A stretch of DNA of 64,000 nt from Anaerolineales bacterium. Its GTDB lineage: Bacteria > Chloroflexota > Anaerolineae > Anaerolineales > Villigracilaceae. Positions 1 through 7,469 of the stretch are shown here, one piece after another; position 1 is the first letter of the stretch, and each line of letters begins with the position of its first letter. The stretch is from NCBI GenBank assembly GCA_047602145.1, contig JASGIA010000001.1:803062-867061 (forward strand). Direction: 5' to 3'. Both the position numbers and the translations under genes were made by a program. Below the pieces are notes generated by a model. The model was not told where the DNA came from. It saw only the letters and a list, made by a program, of their open reading frames with translations, and did not search any database.

Positions 1-97
1 CCGACGATGGTGGATGCTTGAAAGACGAGATTCCATGCAATGCCTTTGCGGTTGCGAGAATCTAAATTCGGTGCAAATTCGGGCGGGGTCGGTGATA
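1..97 (-). CDS. pstA: phosphate ABC transporter permease PstA, N-terminal fragment (continues past window start)
   Basis: Minus-strand ATG at 97 gives MNKVSPTPPEFAPNLDSRNRKGIAWNLVFQASTIVG, a typical PstA N-terminus; it follows pstC in the conserved pstSCA order. Confidence 0.55.
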
Positions 98-103
98 CCT
101 TGT

Positions 104-1048
104 TCATTCGTACACCTCACGGAAGCGCCGTACGATCTGCTGGCTGATGATGTTCAAGGTCAGCGTGATAAAGAACAACAATAAACCGATGGCGAAGATG
201 CTGTCGTAATCAATGGAGTCGTAGCTGAGGTCGCCGCCCGCAATGCGGACAATATGACCAGTCATCGTTTCTGCACTCTTGAAGGGATTCAGCGTCAGGT
301 TCGGACCAGCACCCGCTGCCAGTGCGACGATCATGGTCTCACCGATGGCGCGGGAGATGCCCACGATGATGGCGGCGGTCACACCGGAGAGAGCCGCAGG
401 CAGAACGATCTGCACGGCGGTTTCGAATTTGGTGGCACCGAGTCCGTAGGATGCTTCACGCAACGATCGTGGAACGGCGCTCAGCGCATCCTCTGTCATG
501 GATGTGATCAGCGGCAGGATGAGGATGCCCATCACAAGCCCGGCGGAACCGGTGTTGTAGATGTCCACCACGTCCGCTCCGAAGATCGAGCGTAGGAGCG
601 GGGTCATAAAGGTCAGGGCGAAATATCCATATACGATGGTAGGGATGCCTGCCAGTATTTCAAGGACCGGTTTGACGATATTGCGAGTCTTCGGCGTTGC
701 ATATTCGCTCAAATAAATGGCTACCGCCAGCCCAAGCGGGATGGCGATCAGCATGGCGAAAAATGTGGTGGTGAGTGTGGCGGTCACCAGTGGCAGGATG
801 CCAAATTCTTCGATGGTCGGTTGCCATTGTGTACCGGTGAAAAATTCCCACAGGGTCACTGCTGGGTTGCGGAAGAAGAGCAGCGCTTCTTTGCCCAACT
901 CATAGACGATGCCGATGGTGGTGAATATCGAAACAAAACCACTAAAAAATAAAAGTCCCTGAATGATGACTTCTCCGAAACGTGTTTTGCGTTTCAGACT
1001 TCTTTTGGGGCGCATGACCTCAACCCTGTCTTTTGAAAGAACACTCAT
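104..1048 (-). CDS. pstC: phosphate ABC transporter permease PstC
   Basis: 314-aa polytopic membrane protein of the PstC/PstA permease family, immediately downstream of pstS. Confidence 0.85.
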   Translation of the reverse strand: MSVLSKDRVEVMRPKRSLKRKTRFGEVIIQGLLFFSGFVSIFTTIGIVYELGKEALLFFRNPAVTLWEFFTGTQWQPTIEEFGILPLVTATLTTTFFAMLIAIPLGLAVAIYLSEYATPKTRNIVKPVLEILAGIPTIVYGYFALTFMTPLLRSIFGADVVDIYNTGSAGLVMGILILPLITSMTEDALSAVPRSLREASYGLGATKFETAVQIVLPAALSGVTAAIIVGISRAIGETMIVALAAGAGPNLTLNPFKSAETMTGHIVRIAGGDLSYDSIDYDSIFAIGLLLFFITLTLNIISQQIVRRFREVYE

Positions 1049-1358
1049 AGCTTTCCATCTCCACGATCAATACTTCTCATACTCAGCAAGATACCTTCCC
1101 TCTCCCAAATGGAGAGGGAAGGCATAATTCACGAACTTATTTCTTTGATGGGCTTACTGCATTCCAACAGCGGCATTCCATGCAGCGAGTGCTTCATCGA
1201 GAGCGGACTGGCTAGCAGGGAAGTACCCAACGCTGTCGATCTCATTGTTCACATCGGTAAGGAAGAAGTGAATGAAAGCGGCAACCTGCGGTTTTTCCTG
1301 CATGATCTTCGCATCACTGTAGACAAAGAGCGGGCGGGAAATTGGGTAGGAATTGTCT

Positions 1359-2225
1359 TCAGACTGTCTTTTCATCGGGTGTGACACCATCCACAGAGAG
1401 CACGTTCAACTTGCTGGAATTCTCGTTGTAGTAGGCGAAGCCGAAGAAACCGATGGCATACTGGGAACCTTCTACGCCCTGAACGAGCACGTTGTCATCT
1501 TCGCTTTGGTTGAGGTTAGCAGCCTTCAAGAAGACTTCTTCACCCTTGGCGAGATCAGCTTTGCCGTCCGCGCCGGGGTTGGCGGGTCCCATGATGGCTT
1601 CGACGAAGTAATCGAACGTACCAGAGTCGGTGCCGGGAACATAGCGCAGGATATCTTCCGTGGGCCACTCGGGGCGAACATCAGACCATTTCTGGGCGGT
1701 GGAGAAGATCAGTGCAAGTTCTTCCTTGGTGACGTCAGTAACAAAGGTGTTTTCCTTGCTCACGACCACAGCGATGGCATCTGTGCCCACGCGGAAGGCG
1801 ATCGGGTCACGACCAATGGCTTTGCAGGATTCCACTTCGGAGTCCTTGATCTTGCGGGAAGCGCCGGAAATATCCGTTTCGCCAGTCTTGCAGAAGCGTT
1901 CGAAACCGCCGCCGGTACCGATGCTGTCATAGGTGTTGTTGCCAGCATAGCCTTCTTCTTCGAAGCGCTGCTTCATACGCTCGTAAAGTGGGAAAACGGT
2001 GGACGAACCAGCAGCGACAAAGTCACCGGTGGCGGCATCGGGCATGTACATCGCCATCAGGTCAGCAGTAGGTTCAATAGTAGGCTCTGCAGGGATAGCG
2101 GTAGGTTCGGCAGGGGCAGTGGCCGGCTGTACGGCGGGAGTCTCCGCGGTGGGCGAAGCACAGGCTGCGAGAACAAGGCTTGCCACAATAAACACGAACA
2201 GTAAAGAACGAACAGTTTTGGTCAT
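1359..2225 (-). CDS. pstS: phosphate ABC transporter substrate-binding lipoprotein PstS (start trimmed to MTKTVRSLL, which is preceded by AGGAGA)
   Basis: PBP-like protein with signal peptide and lipobox (LAACAS). The RBS AGGAGA lies 9 nt upstream of the ATG at 2225; the longer track ORF starts at 2261 and has no SD. Confidence 0.85.
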   Translation of the reverse strand: MTKTVRSLLFVFIVASLVLAACASPTAETPAVQPATAPAEPTAIPAEPTIEPTADLMAMYMPDAATGDFVAAGSSTVFPLYERMKQRFEEEGYAGNNTYDSIGTGGGFERFCKTGETDISGASRKIKDSEVESCKAIGRDPIAFRVGTDAIAVVVSKENTFVTDVTKEELALIFSTAQKWSDVRPEWPTEDILRYVPGTDSGTFDYFVEAIMGPANPGADGKADLAKGEEVFLKAANLNQSEDDNVLVQGVEGSQYAIGFFGFAYYNENSSKLNVLSVDGVTPDEKTV

Positions 2226-2263
2226 TTCTATTTTTCTCCTATGTTTTTTATACGCTGTCATCT

Positions 2264-2314
2264 TATCAACGCGGTTTTAAGGACAGGAGAAGAACTGGTT
2301 AACGTCTTGTTAAG
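2264..2314 (-). promoter_or_regulatory. PHO box: five TTAACA-like hexamers at 11-bp periodicity (TTAACA/TTAACC/TTCTCC/TTAAAA/TTGATA) followed by TATAAA -10, upstream of pstS
   Basis: Direct repeats read on the minus strand (plus-strand positions 2309, 2297, 2286, 2275, 2264). The 11-bp spacing matches PhoB/PhoP binding architecture. Confidence 0.6.
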
Positions 2315-2431
2315 GGTTTGGAGTCAGACAGCTTGCTATTTGAGCTGAAAATGAAATGCCCGTCATCTCACCAGATGACGGGCATCGTCTCCAAAGGAGA
2401 CCGATCAAGGAGGAGAAGATCTTCACCTAAC

Positions 2432-2530
2432 TCATTTTTCTTTCTTCAAGTATTCAACGCGCTTGTTTCGTATGTCTACTGCGAAAACGATTAGTAAACC
2501 AATGACCATACCTGTCAGAGCGATTGTGTC
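2432..2530 (-). CDS. small hydrophobic peptide (33 aa, MDTIALTGMVIGLLIVFAVDIRNKRVEYLKKEK)
   Basis: ATG with GGAG RBS 6 nt upstream, single predicted TM helix; it sits between the PHP gene stop and the pstS PHO box. Confidence 0.3.
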   Translation of the reverse strand, partial: DTIALTGMVIGLLIVFAVDIRNKRVEYLKKEK

Positions 2531-2547
2531 CATTTTTATCTCCGGTA

Positions 2548-3253
2548 CTAGGCTACACCAACAAAGCGGACAAATGCACTGCTCAGATAATTGATTACCC
2601 AACTCCCAAGGATGTGAGCCGAGTTCCATTCCTTTTGCTTGCGGATGCGTACATTTCCTGTTTGCAGTGCGTTGATCAAATGCTGCGCGGTGTGACCGTC
2701 AAATTCTGTTGCACCGAGACCAATGGCTTCGACTACGTGAGCGTCGCTGCTTCCGGTGTGAGCAATATCCAATCGTTCCGCAAGGATGCGGGCGTAGTGA
2801 TTGCTCATTTTGTCGATAGCAGTGGCGTTGTATGCTTCGATACCGATCAAGATGCGAGAGACTTCTTTATTGCGAAGCGCTCTCAAGATCGAATAGGCAC
2901 TCAGGCTTTTCATTCCCAGCCCTCCTGCCATGGGATGCGGAGCGATGCAGAAGCCGCCCAGTTCACCAACCTTCAAAACGGTCTCGATCAGCGGTCGGGC
3001 GGGTGGAACTTTTTCAGTGATATTCAAGGCGAGCAGGTCGCCCTCGGCGGTGGTGATTTCGCTGCCGGGGATCACTTCCACGCCATAGTTGGGCGCGAGT
3101 TCTCAGGGCTTTGATCGCTCCGGCAATTTCATCGTGATCGGTAATGGCGATCACATCCAGCCCGATCTGGCGGGCGCGTGTCAATACAGCCGGTACAGAC
3201 GCTGTTCCGTCGTAGCTGTAAATTGTGTGTAGGTGTAAATCGGCAAGTCCCAT
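2548..3253 (-). CDS. PHP-domain phosphoesterase, apparently split by a frameshift near 3014-3090 (track ORFs 3014..3253 and 2548..3081)
   Basis: N-terminus MGLADLHLHTIYSYDGTASV...ITDHD carries the PHP metal-binding motifs. The C-terminal two thirds continue in another frame (…EVIPGSEITTAEGDLLALNI…SSDAHVVEAIG). Confidence 0.6.
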
Positions 3254-3545
3254 ACTGTTCTCCTTTCGTCAAAAGCGATCTTTTCAAGAACGCCTTTTTA
3301 TAGTCTAGCAGTCCAATGTAGCAGCGTTGTGAAGAAGGTATGAAGAGATTGTAGGAATTATTCCTGGCAAACCATCTTCCTTTGCTACAAAGACAGTGTA
3401 ACAAGGAGCCATTAAGGGTACATCAAGAGCCGTTTAAGATTAAGTTAACAGTTGTATGGGGAAATACATGCTTTAAACGACAAGAGCCCGGGAGGAGACC
3501 GGACCCTTGTGCGGAGGAGAGAATGAAACGATCTTGGTCGCGCTA

Positions 3546-3659
3546 TTTACGCCGGATGATGTCTTCCTGCTGGCACAGGAAAACATGGCGCTTCTGCTCT
3601 GTATCGATGATAACCACTATTATCATTGCAGCGATTGTTGCGGCCAGGAAGATTTCCAT
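3546..3659 (-). CDS. small hydrophobic peptide (38 aa, MEIFLAATIAAMIIVVIIDTEQKRHVFLCQQEDIIRRK), possible paralog of the 2432..2530 peptide
   Basis: Minus-strand ATG with a short ORF. It has the same build as the other peptide: M-[DE]-TM helix-D-x-x-[NQ]KR. Confidence 0.2.
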
Positions 3660-3775
3660 GCCCCTAGGATAGCATGGACTCATAAAAACGTGCTTTACAG
3701 CGGGTTTGCCATCTCAAAACAATTATGCAAAGGCAAATTTGGGTGGAATTGTCTGGAAAATCCTTTTACCAATCG

Positions 3776-3817
3776 TTAACCTGCCTTTCTACGAGTGTTA
3801 ACTGTGCCGTGTTAAAA
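3776..3817 (+). promoter_or_regulatory. PHO box upstream of phoU (TTAACC-N5-TTCTAC-N5-TTAACT then TTAAAA)
   Basis: Three hexamers at exact 11-bp spacing (3776, 3787, 3798) plus a fourth at 3812, about 40 bp upstream of the phoU start. Confidence 0.5.
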
Positions 3818-3854
3818 AGTAACCTAGCCCAAATCTCTAGTACTGGACAATACC

Positions 3855-4550
3855 ATGGTACGTGACACCTTTCAGCAGGAAATGCAAGAGATCAAAACTG
3901 AAGTGCTACTTCTGGGAAGCATGGTGGAAGAAGCTGTTATGAGGTCGGCGGAGGCGTTCAGGGATAATGACACGGAACGGTCTCGGCTTGTGATCGCCAA
4001 CGATGCCTATATCAACCGCAAACGATACGAGATCGAACTGTCAGTCATGATATTGATTGCCACACAGCAACCTGCCGCAGGGAACCTGCGCACGCTCGCC
4101 GCCAGTTTGGATATTTGTGCCGAACTGGAGCGTATTGGGGATTATGCCAAAGGAATTGCCAATATCAACATCCGCTCAGGCGGTTTGGGGATGCCGGTCA
4201 TTCTCAGGAAGATCTACGCCATGGCAGATAAATCGGTCGATATGCTGCACCGTGCCATGACCACCTTTATAGAAGCTGATTATCGCGCGGCTCACACTAT
4301 CATTCAGGAAGATGACCTGATTGACGAGTGTTATACCGAGTTGTATCATGATGCTGTAAATGCCGTTATAGGTAATGCAAGCAATATCGAACGCGCCAAC
4401 TATATTATCTGGACGGCGCATAATCTGGAGCGGCTGGGGGACCGCGCCACGAATATCTGTGAACGAGTGATTTATATGGTGACTGGAGAGCGCCCTTTTA
4501 CGTCTCTGACGATGGGACAACTGAGTCCCCTGCCTCCGACAGCCGGATAA
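3855..4550 (+). CDS. phoU: phosphate signalling complex protein PhoU
   Basis: 231 aa with the duplicated PhoU-domain signature (…DAYINRKRYEIELSVMILIATQQPAAGNLR… / …ERLGDRATNICERVIYM). Confidence 0.9.
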   Translation: MVRDTFQQEMQEIKTEVLLLGSMVEEAVMRSAEAFRDNDTERSRLVIANDAYINRKRYEIELSVMILIATQQPAAGNLRTLAASLDICAELERIGDYAKGIANINIRSGGLGMPVILRKIYAMADKSVDMLHRAMTTFIEADYRAAHTIIQEDDLIDECYTELYHDAVNAVIGNASNIERANYIIWTAHNLERLGDRATNICERVIYMVTGERPFTSLTMGQLSPLPPTAG

Positions 4551-4553
4551 AGA

Positions 4554-6056
4554 ATGTTGAAAATATCTGCAATTGATGTTGGTTCCAATGCCATGCGTAT
4601 GGTTATAGGAGAGGTGGATGAATCATGGCGGGTACAAGCATTGGAGAATATACGCTTGCCGGTACGGCTGGGACAGGATGTATTCAGCAAGGGGATACTA
4701 GAGAAGAACACTATTCAACAATCCGAAGAAGCGTTTCGACAATTCAGACATACTGCCGATAAATACGGCGTGCAAAAGTTGCGAGCGGTTGCCACCAGCG
4801 CCGCACGTGAGGCGACGAATTCACGAGCTTTGATCGACCGTGTCTATCGCACTAGCGGCATCGAATTAGAGTTGATCAGCGGGGAAGAAGAAGCGCGGCT
4901 GATCCATGCGGCGGTTGTCCATGCTTTGAATGTGAAGAACAAGCGCACGTTGCTGATCGATATCGGCGGTGGCAGCGTGGAAGTGACCATTTCCACGGGC
5001 GAGAACATCATCTCTACCGAAAGCTACGATATGGGAACTGTGCGTCTGCTGGAAAGATTGGATGCAAAAGATAATCCGCGTCACGCCTTTGCAAAGCTGG
5101 TGCGTGAGTACGCGGAAGCCGCGCGGTTTCGCATCGAGCGCGATATCGGGGATGAGAAAATTCAAATTTGTGCGGGAACAGGCGGAAATGCGGAAGAGAT
5201 CGGGCGTCTCCGTCAGAAACTATTCAAAGCGGAGAGCGGAAATTTCATCCGCTTGGATGAACTCCATGAGCTGATCGTCCGCTTGGATCGGCTCAGTTAC
5301 CAGGAACGAATCCGCAAATGGAAACTGCGTCCCGACCGCGCGGATGTGATCCTGCCTGCTTCTATTGTCCTGCATATGATCGCTCAGGAAGCGAAGGTCA
5401 AACAGATCGCCATTCCGAACGTTGGGTTGAAGGATGGCATCCTGCTCGATATTGCCGAAGAACTCTCGCGCAGTCCGCGCCCGCATCGCGGTAAACAGGC
5501 ATGGGAATCGGCTCTGCACATGGGACGCAAATATCAGTTCGATGAAAAACATGCCCGTCTGACGGCGGCATTGGCTGCGCGGATTTTTGAACAAACCAAA
5601 CCGCTTCACGGATTGGAAGATGACGATCTGCTGCTGCTCGAGATGGGAGCGCTCCTGCATGACATCGGTCATTTTATCAACGCAGTGGATCATGAAAAAC
5701 ATGGCTATTATCTTTTGAACGCGAATCGTCTCATCGGGCTGACGCAGCGTGAACAAAACATTGTCGCCGCCATTGTGCGCTATCATCGTAAAGAGTCGCC
5801 GGGCGATGATGGTTTCAAATCGCTCACGCAAAAAGATCGTTTTCTCGTCAATAAACTCACTGCCTTACTGCGCCTTGCCGATTCGCTGGACGTCAGCCAC
5901 ACCAACCCTGTCACCCATGTGACTCTGCGCGGACAGAAATCAAATTGGTACATTCATATATCAGGCAAAGGTGATCTGATGCTGACCCATTGGGCGCTGG
6001 CGAAACGCAAAGCACTCTTTGAAGAAATCTTTGAGATACGGCTTGAGATTGAATGA
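4554..6056 (+). CDS. ppx: exopolyphosphatase / guanosine pentaphosphate phosphohydrolase (Ppx/GppA) with C-terminal HD domain
   Basis: N-terminal AIDVGSNAMRMVIGE actin-like ATPase fold typical of Ppx/GppA; C-terminal HD motif (LLHDIGHFI). Start is 3 nt after the phoU stop. Confidence 0.85.
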   Translation: MLKISAIDVGSNAMRMVIGEVDESWRVQALENIRLPVRLGQDVFSKGILEKNTIQQSEEAFRQFRHTADKYGVQKLRAVATSAAREATNSRALIDRVYRTSGIELELISGEEEARLIHAAVVHALNVKNKRTLLIDIGGGSVEVTISTGENIISTESYDMGTVRLLERLDAKDNPRHAFAKLVREYAEAARFRIERDIGDEKIQICAGTGGNAEEIGRLRQKLFKAESGNFIRLDELHELIVRLDRLSYQERIRKWKLRPDRADVILPASIVLHMIAQEAKVKQIAIPNVGLKDGILLDIAEELSRSPRPHRGKQAWESALHMGRKYQFDEKHARLTAALAARIFEQTKPLHGLEDDDLLLLEMGALLHDIGHFINAVDHEKHGYYLLNANRLIGLTQREQNIVAAIVRYHRKESPGDDGFKSLTQKDRFLVNKLTALLRLADSLDVSHTNPVTHVTLRGQKSNWYIHISGKGDLMLTHWALAKRKALFEEIFEIRLEIE

Positions 6057-6066
6057 CGGAACAACC

Positions 6067-6951
6067 ATGACCACACCCCTGATCGAAACAGAAAGCAGTC
6101 CAGACGCAGGAAAACTTTTACTTGTTGCGTTGGAGGAACGCTGGGAAAAATATCGTACCGAGCTAAAGCGCTGTCGCGATGAATTTTCCAATGAAGCGGT
6201 TCATGACCTGCGCGTTGCCGCGCGCCGTATGCTTGCTCTTATTAAATTATTGAATTCGATTGATCCACACCCGCGCCTGAAAAAGTTGAGCCGTGCCTTC
6301 AAAGACCAACTTGATGAGTTCGATGAATTGCGCGATACCCAGGTCATCCTTGCCGAGCTTTCCGAGATTATGCAGGAATTGCCTCAGCTTCAAGATTTCC
6401 AGAAATACCTGCAGTCTTCTGAAGAACGGTTATTGCGTGAGCTTCGAAAGACCGTTAAACATCTTGAAACTTCTGAGATCACTAAACGTATCCGAAAGAC
6501 ACAGGAAGCCATCGAAGATGGGGAGAACGATGAATTGGAATCGCAGATCCTGCAAGCAGTGGATGATGCCTTTCTGCACGTTAGGCAGCGGCTAAGCAAT
6601 GTTGATTTCGCTCATCCTGCGACCATTCACCGTGTGCGTGTGGCGTTCAAATCCTTTCGCTATATGGTCGAGATCGCCAGCCCGTTGTTGCCGGGATTCC
6701 CTGAACAAAATTTCAAACGTATGAACGACTACCAATCACTGATGGGGGAGATACAGGATGCGGAGGTCTTCACGCAAACTCTCTCGGACTTTATCAGACG
6801 CCTCGCTCTTTCGAACCCTGCGCCCGTTCGCCGTTATGAAGAACAGCGCCACGCAGACGTCCTTTCTGCGTTTAAAAAGAAAATGCAAAAACTCGATACC
6901 TTCTGGCGTGTATCGCCAGAGCAACCTTTCCCATGGGAGAAACCTGAATGA
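6067..6951 (+). CDS. CHAD domain-containing protein
   Basis: AVHDLRVAARRMLALIKLL and a second conserved-histidine helix (HRVRVAFKSFRYMVEI) are characteristic of CHAD. The ATG at 6067 is preferred over the TTG at 6019, which overlaps ppx. Confidence 0.75.
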   Translation: MTTPLIETESSPDAGKLLLVALEERWEKYRTELKRCRDEFSNEAVHDLRVAARRMLALIKLLNSIDPHPRLKKLSRAFKDQLDEFDELRDTQVILAELSEIMQELPQLQDFQKYLQSSEERLLRELRKTVKHLETSEITKRIRKTQEAIEDGENDELESQILQAVDDAFLHVRQRLSNVDFAHPATIHRVRVAFKSFRYMVEIASPLLPGFPEQNFKRMNDYQSLMGEIQDAEVFTQTLSDFIRRLALSNPAPVRRYEEQRHADVLSAFKKKMQKLDTFWRVSPEQPFPWEKPE

Positions 6952-7448
6952 AACTCTATTTGATCCGTCATAGCAACGCCATTGATCCCGGAACGCCCGA
7001 CTACGAAGACGATAGTCAGCGCCCGCTCACCGAAAAGGGACGTGACAAAATGTACAAGATCGCTTCGGCTCTGAAAGAATTGGGCGTGAAACCCGACCTG
7101 ATCGTTTCCAGCCCCTACATCCGTGCCCGGCAGACAGCGGACATTCTGGCAAAGGTGCTAAAATATAAGCCAGAGCTAACCATCAGTGAAACGCTTATTC
7201 CAATGGGCAACGCAGACGATATCGTCGGTGAGATCAACGAAAAATACAGCGTGGACGAATTGGTGCTTATTGGTCACGAACCATCCCTTAGTGGACTGAT
7301 CGGCACGCTCGTCGCGGGCAATCCCGAGATCGATGTCAATCTGAAAAATGGCGGCGTTTGCTGCCTTTCTGCCGACGATCTGCACACTGACCGCAAAGCT
7401 GTTTTGGAATGGTTACTCCCGCCCAAGATCCTAACCGCGTTATCCTAA
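6948..7448 (+). CDS. sixA: phosphohistidine phosphatase SixA-like (histidine phosphatase superfamily)
   Basis: LIRHSNA…RPLTEKGRDKM…VSSPYIRARQTADIL aligns with E. coli SixA. It overlaps the CHAD gene stop (ATGA). Confidence 0.75.
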   Translation: MKLYLIRHSNAIDPGTPDYEDDSQRPLTEKGRDKMYKIASALKELGVKPDLIVSSPYIRARQTADILAKVLKYKPELTISETLIPMGNADDIVGEINEKYSVDELVLIGHEPSLSGLIGTLVAGNPEIDVNLKNGGVCCLSADDLHTDRKAVLEWLLPPKILTALS

Positions 7449-7469
7449 GCGGATGATATCGTTAACTGT

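Noticed and set aside
1353-2204. 283-aa plus-strand ORF antisense to pstS (and similar antisense ORFs inside ppk 8067..8783, SPFH 31070..31729, the channel 33049..33660, the permeases 57099..58019 and 59779..60663, and sortase 25715..26485)
   Set aside because: These are shadow ORFs typical of GC-rich DNA. They lie entirely inside confidently assigned genes on the opposite strand and have low-complexity Arg/Gly/Ala-rich translations.
3382-3779. Plus-strand ORFs (96 and 90 aa) in the PHP-phoU intergenic region, including a 49-aa MKRSWSRYLRR… ORF with a strong GGAGG RBS
   Set aside because: The sequences are low-complexity and Cys/Arg-rich, with mutually overlapping frames. The region is more likely regulatory, containing the PHO box, although the strong RBS makes the 49-aa ORF not entirely excludable.
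6019-6066. TTG start for the CHAD gene overlapping ppx by 38 nt
   Set aside because: The ATG at 6067, 10 nt after the ppx stop, is more plausible; the TTG extension adds a non-conserved, hydrophilic N-terminus.
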